A DNA stretch of 64,000 bases from an uncultured delta proteobacterium (GTDB lineage: Bacteria > Desulfobacterota > Binatia > Bin18). The stretch spans positions 41,529 to 105,528 of the forward strand of contig CAVTCR010000012.1 in the NCBI GenBank assembly GCA_963733195.1, given 5' to 3'. The position numbers and the translations under genes were made by a program. Under the pieces are notes generated by a model. That model searched no databases, was not told the DNA's origin, and saw nothing but the letters and a program-made list of their open reading frames with translations. Positions 20,237-31,200 of the stretch are shown in pieces. The number at the start of each line of letters is the position of its first letter. Position 1 is the stretch's first letter.

Positions 20237-20291
20237 ATCGAATCTTCAGATCTTGTTTCCCATTTGACAACCTGTCGGTATGGGCAATTGA

Positions 20292-20328
20292 GACTCCCAG
20301 ACTCCAGGACTCTCAGACTCCTAGACTA
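20292..20328. repeat. 8-mer tandem repeat overlapping alpha-E stop
   Basis: agactccc agactcca ggactctc agactcct agact. Confidence 0.75.
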
Positions 20329-21346
20329 TTTTTTCCTGCCGTTGCACACTGCCTTCGCTGCTACGTTGACTCTGAGACTTTACGGTAACAGCTCCACCAA
20401 TCGGTTGCAAAGCAAAGAAAGTGTTAAAGATGCTCTCTCCAACCAGATTCAGTTTGGTTTGAAATGCATCGAGGAATTCATGGAGCCCTGAACCAATGAT
20501 ATCGCCTACTTGCGCATACGCTAACTCGGCTCGGAGTTGGCCCAGGTGCTGCTCGGCAGGATTACAGAAACTCCCAATCGGCGTGCTCGATACCGCATGG
20601 AGCGATTCGTCAGCCTTGATCAAGCAGTAGTGGAGCGAGCGAGGAAACTCACGCTCAAGCAGCAGAAATTCAACAATGCGATCGGGACTCAGATCCTGGT
20701 AACGCTGGCGATACATTTCCAATGCGCTGGTAGAACGCAATACTGCTGCCCACTGAATATCATCGAAAGGAGTACCAACATCGGCAACCGACGGGAGTAA
20801 AAGAAAATACTTAACATCAACCATACGTGACGTTTTGTCAGCACGTTCAAGCAACCGACCCATGCGACAAAAATGCCATCCTTCACTATGTGACATGGTT
20901 GCATTCGTCAGTCCTTCAAACAGATGACTGGCCATACGGATATCACGAAAGAACTCATATGGGGCTTCGCGAACCCGAGTTGCCGCCGCTAAGTCATGGA
21001 CCATCAGATAAAAGACGTTGACCTGCTCCCACATTTCTGAAGAAATGATTTCCCGCACCGATCGGGCATTTTCGCGTGCGACTCGGAGACAGGACAGAAT
21101 TGAGTTAGGGTTCTCCTTGTCGAATGTCAAAAATTCCACGACATTCTCTCGCGTTGCCTCCTTGTACTGTTTGACAAAAGGGCCGTCATCACCAGTCGTA
21201 ATGACCAGCGGTTTCCATTGTTCGCTCGCGCCCGCGGGTAAATCTAACATTAAGTGTAGATTGACATCGATGAAGCGCGCCACATTTTCTGCACGCTCGA
21301 TATAGCGGCTCAACCAATAGAGGCTATCAGCAACACGCGAAAGCAT
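20321..21346 (-). CDS. Alpha-E domain protein (DUF403)
   Basis: MLSRVADSLYWLSRYIERAENVAR, ARENARSVRE, LERADKTSR, FPRSL. Confidence 0.93.
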   Translation of the reverse strand: MLSRVADSLYWLSRYIERAENVARFIDVNLHLMLDLPAGASEQWKPLVITTGDDGPFVKQYKEATRENVVEFLTFDKENPNSILSCLRVARENARSVREIISSEMWEQVNVFYLMVHDLAAATRVREAPYEFFRDIRMASHLFEGLTNATMSHSEGWHFCRMGRLLERADKTSRMVDVKYFLLLPSVADVGTPFDDIQWAAVLRSTSALEMYRQRYQDLSPDRIVEFLLLEREFPRSLHYCLIKADESLHAVSSTPIGSFCNPAEQHLGQLRAELAYAQVGDIIGSGLHEFLDAFQTKLNLVGESIFNTFFALQPIGGAVTVKSQSQRSSEGSVQRQEKIV

Positions 21347-21355
21347 ACATCTCTC

Positions 21356-22793
21356 TTATCCGTACAATACCCAGGTATCTTTACTTCCTCCCCCTTGAGA
21401 GGAGTTCACAACTAGAGAGCCTTTCTTGAGTGCAACACGAGTCAGACCGCCGGGAAGTACATAAATGTCAGAGCCATACAAAATGTACGGTCGCAAATCG
21501 ACATGCCGCCCTTCAAAATGATCATCAACGATCACCGGCACCCGTGATAAGGATAAGGTCGGTTGCGCGATGTAGTTGCGTGGATTGGCCCGAATGCGTT
21601 CTGCAAACTGTTCACGCTCGGCAGCAGTCGCATGTGGACCGACCAACATTCCGTATCCACCTGATTCGTTGGCAGCTTTGACGACGAGTTGGTCAAGGTG
21701 ATCAAGGACATAGGCACGTTCTTTCTCATCCCAGCAGACATAGGTGGGGACATTGGGAATGATACTGTCTTCACCGAGATAGTATTTGATGATCTTCGGG
21801 ACATAGGCATACATGACTTTGTCATCGACAATGCCTGTGCCCGGTGCATTTGCCAACGCGATTCGTCCGGCTTTGTAGACATCCATCAACCCAGGAACGC
21901 CTAAGGACGAATCAGGCCGGAAGGTCAGCGGATCAAGAAAATCATCGTCGATACGCCGATAGAGGACATCAACCTGCTTGAGCCCTCTCGTCGTGCGCAT
22001 TTGGACCAGACCGTCAGCAACAACGAGGTCTCGTCCTTCGACCAGTTCCACTCCCATCTGTTGGGCCAAAAACGAGTGCTCGAAGTAGGCCGAGTTGTAT
22101 GTCCCAGGAGTAAGACACCGCCACGGTCGGGGATTGGATATACTCAGCCGCAAGCGCTTGGAGCATAGCTAAGAGATGACCAGGATAATCATCAACTGGC
22201 CGGACACGGGACTCTCCGAAGACTTGCGGAAACGTCCGCTTGAGAATCTGGCGACTTTCCAAGACATAAGAAACTCCAGACGGACAGCGCAGGTTGTCTT
22301 CCAGCACATACATTTGTCCGTTACGGTCACGAACCAGGTCCGTACCAGTGATATGACACCACACGCCGCGAGGCGGGTTGAGCCCAACGCACGCCTGACG
22401 AAACGATCGCGCTGAATAGACGATCTCTTCAGGGATGATCTTATCTTTGAGCAGTTTCTGCTCATGATACATGTCGTTGATAAAGAGATTCAGAGCGTAC
22501 ACACGCTGCTTGAGCCCCCGCTCTATCCATTCCCATTCTGCCGATTCAATAATGCGGGGAACTATGTCGAAAGGGAAAATGCGTTCTGTTCCTGAATTGT
22601 CACCATACACATTAAAGGTAATACCCCGGTGCAACAAAGCACGTTCAGCAGCCTGCTGACGCTGGAGCAGTTCACCCTTAGATAGTGAATCAATTCGCTG
22701 TTGGAGGAGGCGCGCGCCAGGACGAGGCTGATCACTGGCCGCGAACATCTCGTCGTAAAAATCCCCAGTGTCGTAACTGTGAAAACTCGTCAT
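21356..22793 (-). CDS. Circularly permuted type 2 ATP-grasp protein (frameshift near 22115)
   Basis: [63 protein letters not shown]; upstream ATG 22847 lies inside the sigma54 promoter, so 22793 is preferred. Confidence 0.92.
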
Positions 22794-22835
22794 AGTAAGT
22801 ATCCCAGCGAAATACAGGAAATCCCTTAAAGGCAG

Positions 22836-22852
22836 AGCATAGGTCATGCCAA
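22836..22852 (-). promoter_or_regulatory. Sigma54 -24/-12 promoter of ATP-grasp/alpha-E/Anbu operon
   Basis: Minus strand TTGGCATGACCTATGCT, GG-N10-GC. Confidence 0.85.
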
Positions 22853-22966
22853 CAAGTCAATCAGCAAGAAGCTCTGAAAGTCTGGACCTGTGATCGCAAA
22901 AGTTCAACGATGGTAAGGAATTTCTATTAGATGGTTTTTTTAACCAAGTGAAGAGCTGAATCTTGA

Positions 22967-23005
22967 CGCATAAATCTTCAGCACCGTGTGCCCCATCTTT
23001 GGGCA
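22967..23005. promoter_or_regulatory. Tandem NtrC-type upstream activator boxes
   Basis: TGCCCCATCTTTGGGCA (22989-23005) resembles TGCACC-N5-GGTGCA; weaker CGCA-N9-AGCA box 22 bp away; about 120-155 bp from the -24 element. Confidence 0.65.
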
Positions 23006-23135
23006 CACGGACCTGAGTAAGGTCTCCAATCAATCTTGATTATTCCCATCCGACCTGCTCTGCTGTCGCCAAATATCTCTCCATAAAAGGAAAACCTACG
23101 CATTAGGGCAATGGCATTCAGTTAAAGGAGCCCTT

Positions 23136-23231
23136 GTCATTGCGAGGGACGGAACGACAAAGTAATCTCCAGCAAAACAAGGATTGCTTCGCGAAGTTTA
23201 TCCTGAGCTTAGTCGAAGGGCGAGCAATGAC
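23136..23231. repeat. Palindromic element gtcattgcga...gcaatgac (RPE-like) with nested cctgagc..gtcgaaggg motif
   Basis: Terminal inverted arms, internal aatct/gattgcttcg; related copy at 42478-42563. Confidence 0.7.
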
Positions 23232-23273
23232 ACTTCTGTCGAACTTAACATCCTTGCCTATTTAGGGACGGCT

Positions 23274-26200
23274 ATGACGATCATTGAGGTACTGGATTTA
23301 GTCCGAGAGTTACTCCAAAGCAAAGGACGCATCACCTATCAGTTGCTCAAGTTACAATTCCACCTTGATGACGAACAACTGGACGCAATCAAAAACGAGT
23401 TGCTCTTCTCATCTCCGCAAGTGCGAGACGAAGATGGACGGGGACTGGTGTGGGTCGGCGCTTCACCAATTCAAAGTTCAAAGTTTCAGGTTCCAAGTCA
23501 AGACACCGAACACCGGACACCGACCCCCGAACTTCCTCCTGTGAGCTACACACCTGCCCATTTGGCTGAGCGGATTCGCGCAGTGTCAGTGACCGACGGC
23601 GAACGTAAAACCATCACGGCGCTGTTTGCCGATCTCAAAGGCTCAACGGCATTGATTGAAGGGCTCGATCCCGAAGAGGCGCGCGCGATTATTGATCCCG
23701 CGTTGCAAGTGATGATGGACGCGGCCCATCGCTATGACGGCTATGTGGCTCAGGTATTAGGCGATGGCATCTTCGCTCTGTTCGGTGCGCCGCTTGCCCA
23801 TGAAGATCATCCCCAGCGGGCACTCTATGCTGCGTTACTCATGCAGGAGGAGATGCGGCGATACGCTGATACCTTACGCACCAAAGGGTACCCCCCACTG
23901 CTCATGCGAGTAGGCATCAACACCGGCGAAGTGGTGCTGCGCTCGATTCGCAAAGATGACTTGCATGCAGATTATGTCCCAGTCGGCCATTCGACCAACC
24001 TAGCCGCACGGATGGAACAACTGGCTGCGCCGGGTTCGATCTTGGTCACTGCCTACACCCATAAGCTTACGGATGGCTATTTTGCGTTCAAGGATTTGGG
24101 CAAGGCACAGATCAAAGGGGTCGAAACGCCGGTCAGTATCTACGAACTACTAGGTGCGGGGCCGTTGCGTACCAAACTGCAGGTTGCCGCTCGTCGCGGC
24201 CTCACCCGCTTTGTCGGACGACAGAGTGAAATGGACCAATTGCACCATGCCTTGATCCAAACGAAAGCCGGGCATGGACAGATCGTCGGCGTGATGGGTG
24301 AGCCGGGGTTGGGGAAATCTCGTCTCTTCTATGAATTCAAACTGCTCTCCCAGAGTGGTTGTCTGGTGTTAGAAGCGTATTCGGTGTCGCATGGCAAAGC
24401 GACAGCGTATCTGCCAGTGATTGAACTGCTCAAGAGCTACTTTCGCATTGAGTCACCAGACGACGAACGCACGCGACGGGAGAAAGTTACCGGCAAAGTG
24501 CTGACGCTCGACCGCAGCTTAGAAGACACATTGCCCTATCTGTTTGCCTTGCTGGGGATTGAAGAGCAACCCTCACCGTTGCAGCAGATGGATGGCCAGA
24601 TACGACGGCGACGGACGTTCGAGGCGCTCAAGAAGCTGTTCCTACGCGAGAGTCTCAACCAACCGTTGATCCTCATCTTTGAGGACTTGCATTGGATTGA
24701 CGGGGAGACACAAGGTTTCTTGGATGTGCTCAGTGAGAGTGTGGCCAGCGCTAGGCTGCTGCTGCTTAACCAACTACCGCCCGGAATACCGGCATGAGTG
24801 GGGGCAGAAAACGTACTACACGCAGCTCCGTCTGGCGCCATTGGGGCGCGAGGAAGCGGAAGAATTCCTGGATATATTGTTGGGTCATACCGTAGGGGCA
24901 GGCCTTGTGCCTGCCCAAAGCGAGGGCGCCCACAAGGGGACGCCCCTACAAGCTCTGAAACGCCTCATTTTGGAGAAAACCCAAGGCACGCCCTTCTTCA
25001 TGGAAGAGATCGTGCAGGAGTTACGAGAGCAGGGTGTGTTGATGCCCGATTCTCTTGTAGGGGCAGGGCTTGCCCTGCCCACGGAGGGCGCAGCCAGCAG
25101 CGCCCCTACAAACATCCATATTCCCCCGACCGTGCAAGGTGTGCTGGCTGCTCGTATCGATCGCCTCGCGCCAGACGAGAAAGCCTTGCTGCAGCAGTTG
25201 TCTGTCATTGGCCGAGAGTTTCCCCTCAGCCTCGTGCGCCAGGTCATCGCTCAACCCGAAGCCGACCTCTACCGGCTACTCGCGTCGCTGCAGCACAAGG
25301 AATTTCTCTACGAACAGCCGGCGTTTCCGGAAGTCGAGTACATCTTCAAGCATGCCCTGACGCAGGAAGTCGCCTATGGAACGGTACTCCAAGAACAGCG
25401 TAAAGCTCTCCATGAGAAAACCGCGCAGGCGATAGAAGTGCTCTACCAGGCCAACCTCGACGAGCACTACAGCGACCTGGCGCATCATTACAGTCGCAGT
25501 GGCAATGCCGCCAAGGCTGTAGAATATCTCAGCCTGGCGGGACAGCAAGCAGCGCGGCATTCAGCGAACGCGGACGCCGTCACCCATCTCACCGCGGCTC
25601 TTGCATTGCTCAAGACCCTGCCCGATACTGCCGCCCGAGCCCGACAAGAACTCACCCTCCACCTCAGTCTCGGCGCTTCATTGATGGCCACGAAGGGGTT
25701 TAGTGCCGCCGAAATGGAACACACCTACACCCGCGCGCAGGAGCTGTGTCTACAGGTGGGGGAGCCGCTCCAGGTCGCGCAAGTCCTGTATGGTCGGTGG
25801 GTATTTTACACTACGCAAGCAAATCACACCGCAGCGCTCGCCTTGGGAGAACAGTTTCTCAGCGTCGCCCACCGACAGCAGGATGCCACCCTGTCCCTTG
25901 TGGCCCATGCCGTGGTGGGGGTAGCCTTGCTCTTTCTCGGAGAGTTTACCCGCGCGCAAGCCCATCTTGAGCAAGCCGTTGCTTTCTACGATCCTGAGCA
26001 CCACCGCGACCTGGCCTACCAGATGGGACAGGACCCGGGGGTAGTGGCTCTGGGCTGTGCAGCGGAGACCCTCTGGTATCGTGGCTACCCAGACCAGGCC
26101 CTGGAGCGAGCCCGTCACGCGCACTCCGTAGCCCAAGCCCTGTCGCATCCCCTGAGCTTGGCGGTGGCGCTGAGTGCTGTTGGCTTCGTGCATCTGTACC

Positions 26201-26926
26201 GCCGCGAGAGCCAAGAGGCTCAAGCCCACGCGGAGGCGTTACTGACCCTCGCTCGCGAGCACGAGTTTGCATTGTGGTTGGGCTATGGACCTAGCCTGCA
26301 GGGCTGGGCACTGGTCGAACGTGCTGCGCGGTCGGGGGCACGGGAGCAGAGAGAAGCAGGACTCGTGCAGCTCCGAGAGGGGCTGGCTGCTTTGCGAGCC
26401 ATGGGGGTAGAGGTGTGGGTCCCACTCTTTCTGGGCGCGGTGGCCCAGGCTTATGCGCAAGGCGGCCAGGTGGAAGAAGGGCTGAGGGTGATCGCCGAGG
26501 CGCTGGCAATGGTGGAGAAAAATGAAGGACGCTGGACCGAAGCGGAACTGTATCGCTTAAAAGGCGAATTGACGCTTCAGCAGGTCAAAGTTCGAAGTTC
26601 AAAGTTCAAAGTCGAGGTCCGCAACCGCATCGCCCGATCCCTGAGTCGATCCGCAATCGGAGGCCGAGGCGTGTTTTCTCAAAGCCATCGAGATTGCCCG
26701 GAAGCAGCAAGCCAAGTCCCTCGAACTGCGCGCGGTGATGAGCCTGGTCCGGCTGCGACAACAGCAAGCCACGCATAACGCGCCACGTAACACGCAACAC
26801 GAATCACGCACCAGGCTCGTCGAAGCTCACAAGATGTTATCTGAGGTTTACACTTGGTTCACCGAAGGGTTTGACACGAAGGATTTGCAAGAGGCCCAGG
26901 GGTTGTTGGAGGAACTGAGTGAGTAG
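23274..26926 (+). CDS. Adenylate/guanylate cyclase-AAA ATPase-TPR (STAND-like) protein; frameshifts at ~24770 and ~26640
   Basis: ERKTITALFADLKGST, GDGIFALFGAP, Walker A GEPGLGKS, EDLHWID, YIFKHALTQEVAY, ...WFTEGFDTKDLQEA. Confidence 0.88.
24891..24950. repeat. GTAG REP doublet inside CDS, in frame
   Basis: cgtaggggcaggccttgtgcctgccc...gggcgcccacaaggggacgcccctaca, translated VGAGLVPAQSEGAHKGTPLQ. Confidence 0.85.
25056..25110. repeat. Second GTAG REP doublet inside CDS, reading frame preserved
   Basis: tgtaggggcagggcttgccctgccc...gggcgcagccagcagcgcccctaca, translated VGAGLALPTEGAASSAPT. Confidence 0.85.
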
Positions 26927-26941
26927 ATGGGTCTGGAAGCG

Positions 26942-27125
26942 TTAACGGATAACAACGTCGTAGTCATGCGGGAGAGAGAGGAGCAGGATAGAGTTACGAC
27001 CCCGATCAAAAATCAGTCGAAAGTTGTCAAGCACATCCCTGCCCAGTACTGGCGTGTCACACGTTGATGATGACATAAGGACGATGGATTCCATTGATGT
27101 TGTCATAGACCCCGCGGAAGACCAT
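26942..27125 (-). pseudogene. Retropepsin-like aspartyl protease with internal deletion
   Basis: MVFRGVYDNINGIHRPYVIINV* joined out of frame to DTPVLGRDVLDNFRLIFD (clan AA C-terminal motif); catalytic DTG core absent. Confidence 0.6.
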
Positions 27126-27387
27126 AGACGCTCAGCTTTCGCTCCTTGGGGAGGAAAAACACCAGGGGGTCACGATCGGGTTTGTGTTGCTTGGCCAACG
27201 TGTATGCAGCCTCGCGTGTCGCTGCGGCAAAAGGCTCCCCACCAACCACAGCGACAAAGAGCCCGGCGAAACGGTTGTGTAGTTCCTGAGAATGGTCGGC
27301 GTACCACTGCTGATCTTCTAAGAGCTGGCGGGCTCGCCGGGCAGATTCTGGAGTCGCAAGCTCATCATGAGAGAATTGTAGTGACAT
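27103..27387 (-). CDS. DUF5678-like small protein
   Basis: QQWYADHSQELHNRFAGLFVAVVGGE motif; overlaps the protease start. Confidence 0.6.
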   Translation of the reverse strand: MSLQFSHDELATPESARRARQLLEDQQWYADHSQELHNRFAGLFVAVVGGEPFAAATREAAYTLAKQHKPDRDPLVFFLPKERKLSVYGLPRGL

Positions 27388-27506
27388 GAAAATCTCCTTC
27401 ACCCTCCCGCTTGTCTTCATCCAAGTTTGGGATAGCAGAGAGAGAGAAGAAGCACCATACCTGAGGTGCTGGCTACGAAGAAGATTCTCCTGACCGGCCC
27501 CCGTTC

Positions 27507-28082
27507 TTATCGTGGCGAACTACTCGCCTGCCCCAGCGGGGGAATAAGGCCCAACTGTCGCAGCATGCCCAAGTCGTCCCGCACGGCCCAGTGCTCTACC
27601 ATTTTGCCTCCGGCAAAGCGGTAGATTTGGATATGCGACACCTTAAATGCCTTGCCGGTTGCCGGGATCCCAAGAAATTCACCTCGGTGGGTGCCACTCC
27701 ACGTGATACGGCCTACCACCTTGTCCCCTGCGGCAATGACATCTTCCACGGTAAAGTGGGAATCAGGGAACGCGGTGGTGAGCGTGGTCACGAGTTGCTT
27801 CATATGCGCGGGGCCAGGCGGGAACGGCGGCGGCGCCGTCTCGGTGACTTGCACAAGTCTCACATGATTCACAAAATCTGGCGCAAACAGCTCGTCCGCT
27901 ACCGCCAGATTTCGTTGATTAAATAGTTCATCCCACATCCGTTGAAAGATGACCGTGTTCTCCTCTGGAGTCATGGAATATGTCCTCCTTTCCATCGTTA
28001 TCGCTATCACCACGGCCATTAGGGCAGCCGCTACGAACACCGGGAGTTTTCCCCAGTTTGAAAAGAAACTTCGATTACGCAT
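27507..28082 (-). CDS. SnoaL-like ester cyclase with N-terminal hydrophobic anchor
   Basis: AFPDSHFTVEDVIAAGDKVVGR, GTHRGEFLGIPATGK, EHWAVRDDLGMLRQLG; RBS ggaggg. Confidence 0.88.
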   Translation of the reverse strand: MRNRSFFSNWGKLPVFVAAALMAVVIAITMERRTYSMTPEENTVIFQRMWDELFNQRNLAVADELFAPDFVNHVRLVQVTETAPPPFPPGPAHMKQLVTTLTTAFPDSHFTVEDVIAAGDKVVGRITWSGTHRGEFLGIPATGKAFKVSHIQIYRFAGGKMVEHWAVRDDLGMLRQLGLIPPLGQASSSPR

Positions 28083-28225
28083 GATATTCCCTCCTTGTCT
28101 CAGTCTGAGAGTGCAGACCACATTGCATGAAGATCTCCTTTCTTGCCGCTTGGCATGTTGAGGTTGGTCCACCTTGCCTTTCATTCCGTGTGGGAGAAGA
28201 ATAGCGAACGCGAAGATGTGAAGTC

Positions 28226-28263
28226 GTGAGCAAACAGTGAGATTTTGGTGAGTTTTTGGTGAG
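28226..28263. promoter_or_regulatory. Four GTGAG direct repeats at 11-bp period (candidate wHTH operator)
   Basis: GTGAG at 28226, 28237, 28248 and 28259 in the divergent intergenic region. Confidence 0.7.
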
Positions 28264-28267
28264 CACC

Positions 28268-31200
28268 GTGCAGTCGCAAAACTCCATTCACTTCGACCCT
28301 TTTTGCCTCGATAGGGCGAACCAGTGCCTTTGGCGCGGGAAGCAGGCTGTCGCTCTGAAGCCCAAAGCCTTCGCCGTGCTGCGCTATCTGGTAGAGCATC
28401 CTGGTCGGTCTAGTCAGCAAAAACGAATTACTTGACGCGGTCTGGCTTGACGCCGTTGTCAGCGAAGGGGTGCTCAAGTTTTGCATACGCGAGATTCGCA
28501 AGGCGTTGGGTGACAATGCCCAAGCGCCGCGGTTCATCGAGACGCTGCACCGGCGGGGGTATCGGTTTATCGCCCCGCTGTCAGCGCTCGCTCCAGTTCC
28601 AAGGTCCAAGCGTCCGAGCGTCGAGCTTCGAAGCGAGCCTCTCGTCCTGTTAGCTCTCAGCTCCTCGACTTGACCTCTACATCTTGGTCGGTCGTGAAGA
28701 CGGAACTGGCACAGCTCCACCACTGGTTAGACAAAGCATTACGACGGCGAGCGGCAAATCGTCTTCGTCACGGGCGAGCCAGGGATTGGCAAGACGGCGG
28801 TGGTGGAGGCATTTCTGCAGAGTATAGCGTCAGCACAGGTCCAAGGTCCAAAGTCCAGGGTTCAAAGTCGCAAAGAAGTTCAAGGTTCAACGTTTGCGGT
28901 TCAACGTGCTGAACCAAACCCTAATCCCCAGCCCCTAGCCTCCGAGTGTGGCTTGGGCACGGGCAGTGCATTGAGCACTATGGAGCGAGTGAAGCGTATT
29001 TGCCCGTTCTCTCGGCACTGGGCCAACTCTGTCGTGAGCCAAGCGGACAACACTTCATTGATCTCTTGAATCAACATGCGCCGACGTGGCTGGTGCAAAT
29101 GCCGACACTGCTGACCGCGACGCAGCTCGAAGTGTTGCAGCGTAAGACGCAAGGTGCGACGCAGGAACGGATGCTACGGGAGTTCGCAGAGGCAGTAGAA
29201 GCCCTAACAGTAGAGAAACCGTTGGTGCTGGTGCTGGAGGATGTGCATTGGAGTGATGTAGTCCACGCTAGACTTGCTCTCGGTCTTGGCCCGGCGGCGG
29301 CAACCAGCGCGATTGCTGGTGGTCAGCACCTACCGGCCGGTGGAAGTATTGGCGCGGGAACATCCACTGCACTTGGTCAAGCAGGAATTGCAATTGCATG
29401 GGCAGTGCGAAGAGATGTTTCTGGGATTGCTGACCGAAGCGGAGGTAGAAAAATATCTGGCGGTGAGGTTTTCTGTAGAGGCACACCGCGCCGTGCCCTT
29501 ACAAGAATTTGCTCGGGTGGTTCACCAACGCACGGAGGGCAACCCACTCTTTATCGTCAACCTGGTGGACTACTTGTTGGCTCAGGGAGCGCTCGTGCAA
29601 CGGGATGGACAGTGGGTTCTGCTCGAGGGGGTAGAGGCGACCGGGGCAGGAGTCCCTCAGAATCTACGGCAGATGATCGAGAAGCAGCTCGACCGACTGA
29701 GCCTGGAAGAACAGCGACTGTTAGAAGCAGCAAGTGTTGCGGGAGTGGAATTTTCTACTGTCGCAGTAGCCGCAGCCTTAGGATCCGAGGTGGAGCAGAT
29801 TGAGGAGTGGTGCGAAGGGCTGGCGCGGCGTCATTTCTTTCTGCGACCCAACAAGAAGCGGCGTGTGGCCGGACGGGACACTGGCCGCGCACTATGAGTT
29901 CTTGCACGCCTTGTATCAAAACGTGCTGTACGAGCGAGTGACGATGACGCGACGGCAGCGTCTCCATCAGCGAATTGGAGAGCGGCAAGAGGGAGGGTAC
30001 GGAGAGCAGACGCGAGAGATTGCGGCAGAACTCGCGGCGCACTTTGAACGCAGCCGAGATTACCAACGAGCGGTCAAGTATTTGGGACAAGCAGGCCAGA
30101 ATGCCAGCGCCCGGTCTGCTCACCGGGAGGCGATCAATCACCTGACTACAGCTCTGGAATTGCTTAAGACGCTGCCGGACACTTCTGAACGCACCCGGCA
30201 AGAACTCACACTGCAAATCGCTCTGGGCCTGGCTTTGATGGCCACCAGGGGCATTGCGGCCCCCGAAGTAGAACAAGCCTATGCCCGAGCGCGGGAGCTG
30301 TGTCGGCAGGTGGGAGAGACTCCACAGCTTTTCCCGGTGCTGGTAGGGCTTTTTCGCTTTTACCTAGTGCGGGCGGAGTTGCAGACAGCACATGAGTTGG
30401 GGAAGCAGTGCCTCAGCCTAGCCCAAAAAGTGCAAGACCCGGCCCTGCTTTTGGAAGCTCACATGGCGTTGGGGCCGCCCTTGCTCTTTCTTGGAGAGAT
30501 GGCCTCGGCCCGTGAACACACAGAGCGTGGGATTGCCCTCTACGATCCCCAGCAGCACCGCTCTCATGCCCTTCTCTACGCACTAGACCCTGGAGCGATT
30601 TGCTTGTCCATTGCCGCCTTGAGCCTGTGGTGTCTCGGCTATCCGAACCAAGCCCTCCAAAGAATCCACGAGGCGCTTGCCCTGGCCCAGGAGCTGACTC
30701 ACCCCTTGAGCCAGGCTTTTACCTTGTTTGTCGCTGCCATGCTTCGTCAGTTCCGCCGAGAGGGACAAGCAGCAAAAGAGCGGGCAGAGGCAGTGATGGC
30801 GCTCTCTAGCGAGCAGGGATTTCAGCAATGGTTGGCGCAAGGGACGATCGTGTGGGGCGCGGCGCTAGCCGAGCAGGGCCAGGAAGAGGAGGGGATTGCT
30901 CAGATACGCCAGGGCTTAGCTGCCCACCAAGCCATGGGGGCAGGGCTGTGGCGACCATGTTATCTTGCCTTGCTGGCCGAGGTGTATGGAAAGTGGGGCA
31001 GGCAGAGGAAGGGCTTACGGCTCTGGCCGAGGCGTTGGCTGTGGTGGACAAAACTGGGGAGCGGTGGTACGAGGCGGAGCTGTATCGGCTACGCGGCGAG
31101 CTAACGCTCGCCCAGTCTAGGGTCCAGAGTCTAGAGTCTGGAGTCCAAGAAAATCAAAAGTCAAAAGGCAGAAGGCAAAAAGCAAAAATTACCGACCCTC

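Noticed and set aside
22984-23010. ccgtgtgccc...gggcacacgg as an intrinsic terminator
   Set aside because: It lies in a divergent promoter region with no gene ending nearby and no U-tract; an activator box fits better
23184-23273. N-terminal extension of the cyclase gene
   Set aside because: It is translation of the RPE-like repeat; ATG 23274 is the more plausible start
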